From positions 1-31,873 of the IMG/VR virus record IMGVR_UViG_3300021963_000438: 31,873 bases of DNA; one strand, given 5' to 3'. The translations under genes and the position numbers were made by a program. Below the pieces are notes generated by a model. The model worked only from the letters and a program-made list of their open reading frames with translations, was not told the DNA's origin and did not search any database. The stretch comes from a virus. Lineage: Duplodnaviria > Caudoviricetes. Of this stretch, positions 1 through 9,436 are shown in pieces (positions within the stretch are counted from its first letter, which is position 1; each line of letters starts with the position of its first letter).

Positions 1-288
1 TCATCTTATTTAGATATAGAAAAACATAAAGAACACCAATTAATAAATTATTTATATAAACAATTTGATTCCAATATTGCTATTAAAGATGGTATGTTTG
101 AGTGGTTGCATGGTTTATTAAATATATCAAAAGAAGATGCTGTTATGGTTACGCATTCTGATAGAAAACGATTAGATGAACCATATGGTTATTTTTCTAA
201 AGATGGATTCCACCCGAGTACATTTGGTGCCGAATTATGGACTAAAACTGTATTAATCCCATTCTTAGAAACTAAAAAATATATTTAA
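1..288 (+). CDS. 5'-truncated protein, possibly SGNH/GDSL hydrolase-like (C-terminal part)
   Basis: Frame 1 is open from base 1 (SSYLDIEKHKEH...) to TAA 288. The C-terminal DGFHPSTFGAELW resembles the SGNH block V DxxHP motif. Confidence 0.45.
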   Translation, partial: SSYLDIEKHKEHQLINYLYKQFDSNIAIKDGMFEWLHGLLNISKEDAVMVTHSDRKRLDEPYGYFSKDGFHPSTFGAELWTKTVLIPFLETKKYI

Positions 289-301
289 AATACTTATTAG
301 T

Positions 302-478
302 ATGATATACAACGAAAAAATACAAACGTTATTAGAATCTTTAGATGGAAAATTAAGGATTTTACAAAACGGAATTACAGGTGCACAATCATTATCACCA
401 TCAGAAGCTCATACTACATTAGAAGATGCAAGAAAGATAGTAGAACGTATCTCCGAATTGACGAGAATAAATAGATAA
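302..478 (+). CDS. small hypothetical protein (58 aa, MIYNEKIQTLLESLDGKLRILQNG...RINR)
   Basis: Translated by hand, ATG 302 to TAA 478. It fills the gap between its neighbours and falls below the ORF-track cutoff. Confidence 0.7.
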   Translation: MIYNEKIQTLLESLDGKLRILQNGITGAQSLSPSEAHTTLEDARKIVERISELTRINR

Positions 479-480
479 TT

Positions 481-1530
481 ATGAATTGGCTAAAAATATT
501 AGTAGGGTTATCTGCTATTATAATAGCAGGTTGCGCAGCATACTTTTCCGTAACAGGCTTAGGTGTTCTCTTTGCAGGAGCATCTGTATCCGTTATGGTA
601 ATGGCTAGTTCTTTAGAGTTAGCTAAATTAGTAGCCGCAACATATCTCAAACAAAAATGGGATGATATTGGTGGATTTAATAAATGGTATTTAACCATAT
701 CAGTTGCCGTATTAATGTTAATCACTTCGGCCGGTATTTTTGGATACCTTTCAAATGCGTTTCAAGCGCAATCCCTTCAATTACAGCAAGTAGATAGAGA
801 AATCGCAGTTCATCAAACTAAAATAGACCAAAATACTATTCAAATTGAGCAACTTTCTACTCAAATTACCGAATTTAACACCAATCAGGGTAAAATTATA
901 GATGGTGGTAAGGTAAATTCACGCTTACTTCGTTCTATTGATAATAGAGATAAAGAAATTGGTAAAATTAACAATAAAATTTCTGATTTACAAACTCAAA
1001 ATGCCGGTGAAACCGAAAAAATTAACGAAATTAAGATAAAAAACTTAGACTTAGAAAAAGAAGTTGGAGGATTCCGTTTTGTTGCCGAAGCATTTGGTGT
1101 AGAATTGAAAAATGTAGTAAAATTCTTCATATTTTTGATTGTAATTGTGTTTGACCCGTTAGCAGTAGCACTTATTATCGCTTTCAATGGATTAATTGAA
1201 ACTAAAAAACAAAAACAAAGAAGATTATTAGGTGAAATGATGGAAAACGACCAAAAATTAGGTTTGTATGAAGTCTATGGCGATACTAAAGAAGATATAG
1301 TGGAAAATATTCCACAAAATACCGAAGATAGTGGAAAAAATTCACAAAAAGAAGAACCAATTCCAAATTTAATGTGGGAAGAGTTTATGCATCCCGATTA
1401 TCCGTGGAATAATAAAAAACTTTGGATTAATAACCCCAAAGCAGTTCAATATTGGTTAAATTCAAAAAAAGGGACAGTGCGTGAGCTAAACCGAATGAAA
1501 AACGATATTGAAAATATAAAAACTTATTAA
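481..1530 (+). CDS. membrane protein: N-terminal TM helices, coiled coil, further TM helix, acidic C-terminal region
   Basis: Hydrophobic segments in aa 1-92 and about aa 213-238 flank a heptad-rich Q/N/K/E region. Confidence 0.8.
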   Translation: MNWLKILVGLSAIIIAGCAAYFSVTGLGVLFAGASVSVMVMASSLELAKLVAATYLKQKWDDIGGFNKWYLTISVAVLMLITSAGIFGYLSNAFQAQSLQLQQVDREIAVHQTKIDQNTIQIEQLSTQITEFNTNQGKIIDGGKVNSRLLRSIDNRDKEIGKINNKISDLQTQNAGETEKINEIKIKNLDLEKEVGGFRFVAEAFGVELKNVVKFFIFLIVIVFDPLAVALIIAFNGLIETKKQKQRRLLGEMMENDQKLGLYEVYGDTKEDIVENIPQNTEDSGKNSQKEEPIPNLMWEEFMHPDYPWNNKKLWINNPKAVQYWLNSKKGTVRELNRMKNDIENIKTY

Positions 1531-1534
1531 TTTA

Positions 1535-1566
1535 TTTGGTATTCTAATATTTTTTTAGTATATTTG
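1535..1566 (+). promoter_or_regulatory. Bacteroidota sigma-A-type promoter (-33 TTTG / -7 TAnnTTTG)
   Basis: TTTG 1535-1538, 20-nt spacer, TATATTTG 1559-1566, intergenic before uvsE. A near-identical copy lies at 25226-25257. Confidence 0.7.
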
Positions 1567-1590
1567 GATATAAAATCTAAAAATATTATT

Positions 1591-2535
1591 ATGAATTTAG
1601 GATATGCGTGTATTAATATGACAATGGGTAAGAAAGTTACTACTAACCGAACTATGGTTAAAAGAACATTCGAATCAAAGGGTTTAGATTATGTTTCTGA
1701 ACTCGCATTGCTTAATGCAAAAGATATTATCAAAATTTTAGAATGGAATCGATTAAATGGAATTAAATTCTTTCGTTTATCATCTGCTCTTATTCCGTGG
1801 GGCGATAATATTGATTTAACTCAACTAAAAGATTATAAAGAGATTAAAAGTGAGTTAAAGAAAGCGGGTGATTTTGCAAAGTATTGGGATATTCGTATTA
1901 CATCGCATCCTGGTCCATTTGTTGTATTAGTTTCACCAAAAGAAAATGTGGTAGCAGCTGCAATTGCAGATTTAGAATTACATGGTAAAGTATTCGATAT
2001 GATGGGGTTATCTAAAACTCCTTATAATAAGATTAATATCCATTGTAATGGTGTCTACGGAGATAAAAAATCTGCAATGGATAGATTCATCAAAAACTAC
2101 CAAAGACTCTCTAAATCGGTACAAAAACGACTTACAATAGAGAATGATGATAAGGTATCTATGTATTCAGTTAACGACCTTATGTATATCCATAATGCAA
2201 TTGGTATTCCTATTGTATTCGATTACCACCATCACCAATTTTGTACAGGCGATTTATCCGAAGAACAGGCACTTAAACTGGCGGCAACAACTTGGCCTGA
2301 TGGAATTACTCCCGTTGTACATTATTCAGAATCAAAAGCATTACATGAAAATAATCCAAAAGAAAAACCACAAGCTCACTCTCTGTATATTAAATCCCTC
2401 CCCAATACATACGAATTGGATGTGGACATTATGGTTGAAGCAAAAGCAAAAGAGTTAGCTATATTACCTTATTTAAAATATCAAACAAATGAAAAAGTAC
2501 GCATTGTACATCGGAAGATGGCAGAATTGGCATAA
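1591..2535 (+). CDS. uvsE: UV DNA damage endonuclease (UvsE/UVDE family)
   Basis: Motifs LGYACIN, FFRLSS, HPGPF, INIH, LTIENDD, PIVFDYHHH, VHYSES and DIMVEAKAKE. ATG 1591 is preferred over TTG 1564, which lies inside the promoter. Confidence 0.92.
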   Translation: MNLGYACINMTMGKKVTTNRTMVKRTFESKGLDYVSELALLNAKDIIKILEWNRLNGIKFFRLSSALIPWGDNIDLTQLKDYKEIKSELKKAGDFAKYWDIRITSHPGPFVVLVSPKENVVAAAIADLELHGKVFDMMGLSKTPYNKINIHCNGVYGDKKSAMDRFIKNYQRLSKSVQKRLTIENDDKVSMYSVNDLMYIHNAIGIPIVFDYHHHQFCTGDLSEEQALKLAATTWPDGITPVVHYSESKALHENNPKEKPQAHSLYIKSLPNTYELDVDIMVEAKAKELAILPYLKYQTNEKVRIVHRKMAELA

Positions 2536-2866
2536 AGGACACGAATGGTTAATTAATCAACAACTAACTCAAGGTAAAAACGTTTGGGTTGCAATTAGAG
2601 ATGTTCCACAAGATGAGAATAATCCTAAAACTGCACAACAAATTTTAAAAGAACTATCACATGAACCTTTCTTTACAAATAATTTTGATAAAATTTTATT
2701 ATCTATTATTCCCGATATTGAATCGGTAAACTATGGTAGAGGAGTGGGCTATGATGTAATATATCACGAACCACCAACTGATGTAGCAGCAATTAGTGGA
2801 ACTGCTATTAGAACCGGCCATATGACACCGGATGGAACTATTACCTATGATGAAACCAAAGGATAA
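2489..2866 (+). CDS. HxGH (cytidylyltransferase/NMNAT-like) nucleotidyltransferase
   Basis: IGRWQNWHKGH (compare GRFQPFHxGH) and C-terminal ISGTAIR (SxTxIR). Confidence 0.8.
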   Translation: MKKYALYIGRWQNWHKGHEWLINQQLTQGKNVWVAIRDVPQDENNPKTAQQILKELSHEPFFTNNFDKILLSIIPDIESVNYGRGVGYDVIYHEPPTDVAAISGTAIRTGHMTPDGTITYDETKG

Positions 2867-3087
2867 TGATAGTAGAGCGTAAAAGACACATTGCTAAAAC
2901 CATTTCATATCGAATTTTAAGTACCGTAATTGGATTCTTATTAATGTGGTTGATAAGTGGTTCAATTAAAGTTGGAGCAGCATTTGGAGTAGCAGAATTG
3001 ATTTATAAACCCATTCAGTATTATATTCACGAGAGAGTATGGTATAAATGGATTAAATATGGCTTAAAAAATAAAAAAAATGGATAA
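2866..3087 (+). CDS. DUF2061-like small membrane protein
   Basis: RHIAKTISYRILST...YYIHERVW pattern with two hydrophobic helices. Confidence 0.75.
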   Translation: MIVERKRHIAKTISYRILSTVIGFLLMWLISGSIKVGAAFGVAELIYKPIQYYIHERVWYKWIKYGLKNKKNG

Positions 3088-3190
3088 TCAAAGAAAAAGA
3101 CCAGACCAAACTAAATTTTCAGAAGATGCATCATTCTATTCACTAATAGGATTGTTGATAACTTTACTAATTACAATAATATTAAAATAA
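3080..3190 (+). CDS. 36-aa putative membrane peptide (MDNQRKRPDQTKFSEDASFYSLIGLLITLLITIILK)
   Basis: ATG 3080 overlaps the upstream gene end, and TAA 3190 lies 2 nt before def. It has a single C-terminal hydrophobic segment. Confidence 0.55.
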   Translation: MDNQRKRPDQTKFSEDASFYSLIGLLITLLITIILK

Positions 3191-3192
3191 AT

Positions 3193-3828
3193 ATGAAATT
3201 AATCGTAGACAAAAGCTCAAATGGATTAACTAATCCAGAGTTTATAAAATATCTAAAAACGCCTGTACCAAAATCAGAATTAACGCAATTTGAAGCAGAT
3301 ATATTAAGAGATACTTTATTTGCCGCATTAAAAGGCATGGGTGGCGTTGGCTTATCCGCAAATCAAATTGGAGTTAACAAACGAGCTTGTGTTATTAAAG
3401 TTAATGATGTAGAATTATTTTTATTAAACCCTATTATAACAGAACGTTCTAAAGATGGATTCTTATTTTATGAAGGATGTTTATCTATCCCATCAACAAT
3501 GGAAAAGCCTGTAAGAACTATTAGAGCCAACTATATTGTAGTACAAACCGATAATTTGGGTGAAATTAGATTTGAGATAAACCCAGAAGAAGATAGAGCC
3601 GGAGATAAAGTATCTGAAGATACTATGAAAACAGTTATTGTTCAACATGAGATAGACCATTTGGATGGAATTACTATAAAAGATAGAGTTTATTCAACGA
3701 CTGTTGTTAAAAAGCAAGATTATGGTAGAAATGATAAAGTTATAATGAAATCACCCGATGGTGAACTCATTGAGGTTAAAGTTAAAAAAGCAAACAATTA
3801 TTTTTTACAAGGATATGAAATAGTATAA
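3193..3828 (+). CDS. def: peptide deformylase
   Basis: All three PDF motifs are present: GVGLSANQIG, EGCLS and QHEIDHLDG. Confidence 0.95.
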   Translation: MKLIVDKSSNGLTNPEFIKYLKTPVPKSELTQFEADILRDTLFAALKGMGGVGLSANQIGVNKRACVIKVNDVELFLLNPIITERSKDGFLFYEGCLSIPSTMEKPVRTIRANYIVVQTDNLGEIRFEINPEEDRAGDKVSEDTMKTVIVQHEIDHLDGITIKDRVYSTTVVKKQDYGRNDKVIMKSPDGELIEVKVKKANNYFLQGYEIV

Positions 3829-3829
3829 T

Positions 3830-4072
3830 ATGGAATTAATAATAATAATTTTAGTTGTATTTTTAGCAGGAGCTGGATACACTATATGGAATCTTCTTAA
3901 TAAATTAGAAAAATATGAAGATTTTTTAGAAGAAGAAACAAAAAGAAACGAAGCATTACTGGAAGCATTAAGAGAAATAGATTCTCGTGAAATGTTTGAG
4001 AAGGATGATGAAGTAGGTTCTATATTTTATCAAATAAAAGAAACTATCGAAAGATTCAAACAATTCAATTAA
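3830..4072 (+). CDS. small protein with an N-terminal TM helix and a coiled coil
   Basis: MELIIIILVVFLAGAGYTIW is followed by a charged helical region; tight operon spacing. Confidence 0.75.
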   Translation: MELIIIILVVFLAGAGYTIWNLLNKLEKYEDFLEEETKRNEALLEALREIDSREMFEKDDEVGSIFYQIKETIERFKQFN

Positions 4073-4074
4073 AA

Positions 4075-4764
4075 ATGCCAAGAAAAGCCAAAAGCAAACA
4101 ATACTTCACAAAAGATACAGAAGATGCTATCGTAGAATATAACTCAACAGATGACCAAAGAATTAAAGATAGAGTTTATAGGGATAGAATTAAACCAGCA
4201 TTTGATAAACTTGCAGAAATAGTTTATAACAAATGGAAATTTACATATTTTGATGATGACCCACAAGACGTAATGTGTGAGGTTGTTGCATTTATGATTG
4301 AAAAGATTCATATGTATAAAGCTGGAAAAGGTAAAGCATTTAGCTACTTTACAATTGTGGCAAGAAATTATCTTATTTTAAATAACAATGCAAACTATAA
4401 GAGATATAAGAATACGGATGTAATATCATCCTTACCGGCTAATTGGGATACTGAAAACAATTGGGCAGAAGAAGTTCGTAATGATGAATATAGAACTTTT
4501 AATGATAGAATGTTATTATATTGGGATACGCATTTAGAAAACTATTTTCAGAAGAAAAGAGATATTCAAATAGCAGATGCAGTATTAGAATTATTTAGAA
4601 GAGCAAATTATATCGAAAGTTTTAACAAAAAATCATTGTATCTACTTATTAGAGAAATGACTGGCTTTCCAACTCATTATATAACTAAAGTTGTTAATAA
4701 AATGAAAGAAAAGCAAATGGCACTTTATAATGAGTTTGATATGAACGGCGATATAAAAATTTAA
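4075..4764 (+). CDS. phage RNA polymerase sigma factor (region-2, T4 gp55-like, probably late)
   Basis: Region-2-like segment (DKLAEIVYNKWKFTY...DVMCEVVAFMIEKIHMYKAGKGKAFSYFTIVARNYLI) resembles the gp55 'F.YFT.I..N' motif, followed by a helical C-terminal domain. Confidence 0.65.
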   Translation: MPRKAKSKQYFTKDTEDAIVEYNSTDDQRIKDRVYRDRIKPAFDKLAEIVYNKWKFTYFDDDPQDVMCEVVAFMIEKIHMYKAGKGKAFSYFTIVARNYLILNNNANYKRYKNTDVISSLPANWDTENNWAEEVRNDEYRTFNDRMLLYWDTHLENYFQKKRDIQIADAVLELFRRANYIESFNKKSLYLLIREMTGFPTHYITKVVNKMKEKQMALYNEFDMNGDIKI

Positions 4765-4768
4765 TATT

Positions 4769-6475
4769 ATGGTATCATTAGGTATTTCTGCATTTTATCA
4801 CGATTCTGCGGTATGTTTATTTGAAGATGGTAAAGTTATAGCAGCAATTGAAGAAGAGAAATTATCTGGCATTAAACACGATAATTCTTTTCCAATTAAA
4901 GCAATCAAATGGGTTTTAGAATATTCTAAAAAAACTATATCAGATATTGATACTATATGTTGGTACGAAGACCCGCAATTAAAATATGATAGAGTAAAGA
5001 ATACTTTAGGTAAACATTGGTGGAAAAACAAAAAGAATTGGAAAGTATTTAAAGAAGATTTTGAAAGTAAAGAAGGAAACCTAACTATATATTTAGCTAA
5101 TAAACTAAATTTTGTAGGTAACATTCAATATGTAAAACATCATTATTCTCACCTAGCATTTTCATACTACACATCACCATTTCACGATGCAATTGGTATA
5201 TCAATAGATGGCGTTGGTGAATGGGAAACTGCATTAGCAATAAAATGTAAGGATAATCAATTCGAAGAAATAAACTCACTATTATTCCCTAACTCATTGG
5301 GATTAGTATATTCTACTATAACTGCTTATTTAGGATTCAAACCAAATAATGGTGAATATAAAGTTATGGGGTTAGCACCATATGGTGATGCATCAAAATA
5401 TAAGCATGTGTTTGATAAGATGTTTAGATTTGATAGAGAAGGCGTTATTCAAATAAATCAAAAATACTTTACTTGGCAATACTCCAATACTGATATGTAC
5501 ACATATGATTTGGTAAAACTAATTGGTACAGAACCAAGAGAACCCGAATCAAATATAGAACAACATCATATGGATTTAGCAGCAGCTTTACAAAAATGGT
5601 ATGAGAGTTGTTTTTACTTCTTTGTAAATAATTGTATGCAACAAGCTGATACGGCTAATTTAGTATTAGGTGGTGGTTCTGCTTATAATGGAACTGCTAA
5701 TGGTAAAATACAAAAACATACATCAGTTAACGATTTATGGATACCATTTGCTCCATCTGATGCAGGTTCTGCAATTGGAGCTTGTTTATATCATTGGCAT
5801 AATATATTAGATAATCCTAAAGTAATAGGAGGCGATAATCAATCTCCATATTTAGGACCTGAATGGAATAATAAAGAAATAACCGATATTATTCTAAAAA
5901 ATAGAAATAAAAATAATAGATTAAATGCAATGTATTACGAAGTAAGTAATATGCTATGTGAAGAAGTTGCAAAATTAATTAATGATGGTAATATAGTTGG
6001 ATGGTTTCAAGGTAGAACCGAATTTGGTGCGAGAGCATTGGGTAATCGTTCTATATTAGCTAATCCACATTTATCGGATGTTAGAGATAGAATTAATAAG
6101 GTTGTCAAAAAGAGAGAAATGTTTAGACCATTTGCTCCATCGGTAACAATCGAAGATTACGAAAAATACTTTATATCCGAATCAGAAGTTCCTTATATGA
6201 ATCAAGTGGTTAAGGTTACCGACTATAAATCAATACCATCGGTAACACACGTAGATGGTTCGGCTAGAATTCAAACTGTAAGACAAGAATCAAACCCACT
6301 ATATTATAATCTATTAAAGGAATTTGAAAAGATAAGTGGTACTCCTATATTATTAAATACTTCTTTTAACCTAAGAGGACATACTATGACAAATGACCCA
6401 CAAAAAGCAATTTGGACATTCCTTAATTGTGATATGGATTATTTGGTATTGGGTAATTATTTAATAAGTAAATAA
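4769..6475 (+). CDS. O-carbamoyltransferase (NodU/CmcH/TobZ family)
   Basis: Motifs HDSAV, EEEK, HHYSH, IDGVGE, EYKVMGLAPYG, DAGSAIG, EFGARALGNRS, FRPFAP, THVDGSARIQTV and LLNTSFN. Confidence 0.93.
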   Translation: MVSLGISAFYHDSAVCLFEDGKVIAAIEEEKLSGIKHDNSFPIKAIKWVLEYSKKTISDIDTICWYEDPQLKYDRVKNTLGKHWWKNKKNWKVFKEDFESKEGNLTIYLANKLNFVGNIQYVKHHYSHLAFSYYTSPFHDAIGISIDGVGEWETALAIKCKDNQFEEINSLLFPNSLGLVYSTITAYLGFKPNNGEYKVMGLAPYGDASKYKHVFDKMFRFDREGVIQINQKYFTWQYSNTDMYTYDLVKLIGTEPREPESNIEQHHMDLAAALQKWYESCFYFFVNNCMQQADTANLVLGGGSAYNGTANGKIQKHTSVNDLWIPFAPSDAGSAIGACLYHWHNILDNPKVIGGDNQSPYLGPEWNNKEITDIILKNRNKNNRLNAMYYEVSNMLCEEVAKLINDGNIVGWFQGRTEFGARALGNRSILANPHLSDVRDRINKVVKKREMFRPFAPSVTIEDYEKYFISESEVPYMNQVVKVTDYKSIPSVTHVDGSARIQTVRQESNPLYYNLLKEFEKISGTPILLNTSFNLRGHTMTNDPQKAIWTFLNCDMDYLVLGNYLISK

Positions 6476-6498
6476 TTATTAGTACATAAACAAACAAT

Positions 6499-6903
6499 AT
6501 GAGCGCAGAATTTAAATTATTTGATGGTAAAAATTTATCATCACTATTCAAAGATATATACGATAATCAACAAAGTAAGAAGAAGAATATTTCAGAGATG
6601 ATTGAATCTCTTCGTAAATTGATTAAAAATGTAGGAGAAGCAACTGTACTTGCTCCAATTATAAGAGATTTAATTGATACATCAGTTAAAAACGATGACC
6701 ACCTAATTAAACTTGCAACAATCGCACAAAGATTAGCATCGGCCGAAGCTAAAGGTATCGGTGAAGATGGTTGGTTAAGTGAAAGTGAAAAAATTCAATT
6801 ATTAAATGATTTGGAAGATACGGTTAATGAGCTTGATAAAAAGAACGAAGATAAATTAGTTGATATTCAAATAGAATTGGATGAAATTAAATCTAAAATA
6901 TAA
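6499..6903 (+). CDS. hypothetical alpha-helical protein
   Basis: 134-aa ORF whose stop overlaps the next start (TAATG). Confidence 0.8.
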   Translation: MSAEFKLFDGKNLSSLFKDIYDNQQSKKKNISEMIESLRKLIKNVGEATVLAPIIRDLIDTSVKNDDHLIKLATIAQRLASAEAKGIGEDGWLSESEKIQLLNDLEDTVNELDKKNEDKLVDIQIELDEIKSKI

Positions 6904-8177
6904 TGTTTGATATTACAAATAATAATGAATCATTAAATAAAAAATCTAATAACTTAGAGATTTTTTTATCTAAGGTAAACCGAGTATTCAAAACTGAAGA
7001 TGATTTTTTAGAATTAGATAAAGATAACGATTATGTTAGTGTATATAATGATAATTCAGATATATCAGATAAAGATACTAAATATTATGGTGCGATAGAT
7101 TTTAAAACTAATGATACGTTTTCTTCTGATAAACTATATCACGCATTTCCATTTGATAAAAATAATATTACATTCCCATTAGTAGGAGAAACTGTACTAA
7201 TTTTAAATTTAAATGCTCAATATTTTTGGTTACCATATAGTTTAACGATTTATCCAAATTTTAGAGAAGATTATAAAACATCTGAATTATTAAATAAATC
7301 GGAGTTAGTTGATACTAATACATCTTCAAAATCTAGCGATTATAAAAAGCAAAAAGAAACAGGAATATCTACTTCTAATGCCGGAGCACAAAAAGAAAAA
7401 AAGACGGAATACACTATTAAAGAGGGTATCAAATTTCTAAAACCAAATGATGGAGATACAATATTAACTGGTAGAGTTGGTAATACTATTCGATTTAGTG
7501 AGTTTCATTTAACTGAAGATGGTAAAACATCTTCTCCATCTATATTTATCCGTAATAGACAAAATTCTGAATTAGATTCAAAACCAATTGGTACATTAGT
7601 AGATGAGGATATTAATAAAGATGGTACATCTATCTATATAACATCTAATAAAGTAAAAGTTCCATTTACGGAAACTATTAAAAAAACTAAAGTAGGATTT
7701 AAAGAATATCCAAACTCTAAAGATTTAACTGGTGACCAATTATTTATTAATTCTGACAGAATAGTTCTTTCAGCAAAAGCAAAAGAATTTATAATTTTTG
7801 GTAAAGGCAATACCGGCGTTATAACAGATGGTAATTATTCGATAGATGCCGAAAAGGAAATTTATATACATAATAAAAAGAATGTAACAATTCATTCGGA
7901 AGGTGCTAACCAAATATTTTTAAATTCAGAAAATGGTAAGATATATTTAGGTAAAAATAATGGCGAAGGCGCCGCTGGCGCAGCTGTTCAGAAAATGGTG
8001 TTAGGTGGTGAATTAGTTAAAATAATGGGAGAGTTAATTGATGAAATAACTAAACAAATATATGCAACTCCGGTTGGACCAACCGCATTAGGACCTACTA
8101 ACGTAGCTGCTTTTAAAGCTATAAAAGGAAAACTAAATACGTTATTATCTGCTAAAAACTATTTAAGTAAATCATAA
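6903..8177 (+). CDS. baseplate hub/central spike protein (gp5/gpV/VgrG-like)
   Basis: OB-fold-like FPLVGETVLI, beta-helix-like GDTILTGRVGNTIRF and short strand repeats, C-terminal VLGGEL...TPVGPT; lies upstream of gp25. Confidence 0.65.
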   Translation: MFDITNNNESLNKKSNNLEIFLSKVNRVFKTEDDFLELDKDNDYVSVYNDNSDISDKDTKYYGAIDFKTNDTFSSDKLYHAFPFDKNNITFPLVGETVLILNLNAQYFWLPYSLTIYPNFREDYKTSELLNKSELVDTNTSSKSSDYKKQKETGISTSNAGAQKEKKTEYTIKEGIKFLKPNDGDTILTGRVGNTIRFSEFHLTEDGKTSSPSIFIRNRQNSELDSKPIGTLVDEDINKDGTSIYITSNKVKVPFTETIKKTKVGFKEYPNSKDLTGDQLFINSDRIVLSAKAKEFIIFGKGNTGVITDGNYSIDAEKEIYIHNKKNVTIHSEGANQIFLNSENGKIYLGKNNGEGAAGAAVQKMVLGGELVKIMGELIDEITKQIYATPVGPTALGPTNVAAFKAIKGKLNTLLSAKNYLSKS

Positions 8178-9409
8178 TGTCTTGGACACTATTCAAAGTA
8201 AATGTTTTAAAATCTATGGTATCTTTTCAATTTGGAAAAGATATGGATTCATTTGCTGAATTCTACGCAAACGAATATCATAGGTGTATTCAGAGAGGTG
8301 GAGATATGATTTACGGAGTTCCTATTATAAATGGGAATGTTTCCGGAATGATAGATGTAATTAAAACTGCTCTTAAAAAAGGACAAGATTCGGATGGTGA
8401 AAACTTTAACATACTAGCTGAAATATACCCAAAAGCATTTGATGCTTATTGGTTGGGAGCTGAAATGGCACCAATACCAAGTCCATTATTAAAGCCGGCT
8501 GGTTGGCAATCAACGCCGCCTGCACCAGGCACAATTATGAATATCGGACCTAATCCAATAATGTTAGCTGCTTCAGCCGCATTACATAAAGCTGAAGTAG
8601 AAGCAATGCAAGCTTTAGAAGATAAACTTAAAGAGCAAACTATTAATATACCAAAAATTGGCGAAGTTAATGTTTATGAAACTATTCAAAAAATATTAAA
8701 AAAAGAACCAATTGATTCAAATATAGCAAACCACCCCGCTATCAAAGCAGGTAAAACTATAATTCAAAAAGTAAAAACAGCAAAAAAGAAAAAGCCATCA
8801 ATTGGTTCTCAAATGAAAAAAGCTATTAAATTTCCATTTCCAGAATTGCCAAAGAAAAAAGAAATTATTGAAAAAGCTAAACAAAAATTATTAGATGTAG
8901 CCGTTGAAGAGTTAAAAAAACAATTAATTATACCAATAGAAGCAACTATATTAGCACCAATTCAAGCCGCAATTCAAACGGCTGTGGAATTATCAAATAG
9001 TATTCCATCACCTAAACCAACCAAAGCTCAGATAAAGAAATTTGTAAAAGATACAATAGATGGAGCAGTGCCAGATATACAACTATCGGATATTAGTATT
9101 CCAAAAATACCTACAAAGGAGGAATTACAAAAAATGATAGATGAAGCAATACCAACTAAAGAAGAATTATTGGCAATGGCATACGATTTAATCAAAGATA
9201 AAATACCACAAATTCCTAATATATTTTTTATACCACCAACAATAAAATTCAGTTTTCAAACAAACATAATGATTAATCCATTTGTTAATGTGGCTAAAAC
9301 GCATTTAATGGGAGTGAGTGGTATAATGTCTGTTATATCACAATATCCACCACCCGCTCCACCCGCTCCCACAATACTAAATTGGAATGGGTATAAAATC
9401 GTAGGATAA
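8177..9409 (+). CDS. putative virion protein with central Pro/Lys-rich amphipathic repeats
   Basis: Translationally coupled to the spike gene; PTKEEL-type repeats. Confidence 0.7.
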   Translation: MSWTLFKVNVLKSMVSFQFGKDMDSFAEFYANEYHRCIQRGGDMIYGVPIINGNVSGMIDVIKTALKKGQDSDGENFNILAEIYPKAFDAYWLGAEMAPIPSPLLKPAGWQSTPPAPGTIMNIGPNPIMLAASAALHKAEVEAMQALEDKLKEQTINIPKIGEVNVYETIQKILKKEPIDSNIANHPAIKAGKTIIQKVKTAKKKKPSIGSQMKKAIKFPFPELPKKKEIIEKAKQKLLDVAVEELKKQLIIPIEATILAPIQAAIQTAVELSNSIPSPKPTKAQIKKFVKDTIDGAVPDIQLSDISIPKIPTKEELQKMIDEAIPTKEELLAMAYDLIKDKIPQIPNIFFIPPTIKFSFQTNIMINPFVNVAKTHLMGVSGIMSVISQYPPPAPPAPTILNWNGYKIVG

Positions 9410-9436
9410 TACAATTGTATTAAATTTAATCTTTCA

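Noticed and set aside
1564-1590. TTG starts given in the ORF track for uvsE (1564) and paralog B (23320)
   Set aside because: Both fall within or upstream of the predicted promoter elements. ATG 1591 and ATG 23338 fit better.
6499-6903. Terminase small subunit
   Set aside because: The size and helical character fit, but there is no diagnostic motif and no adjacent large terminase.
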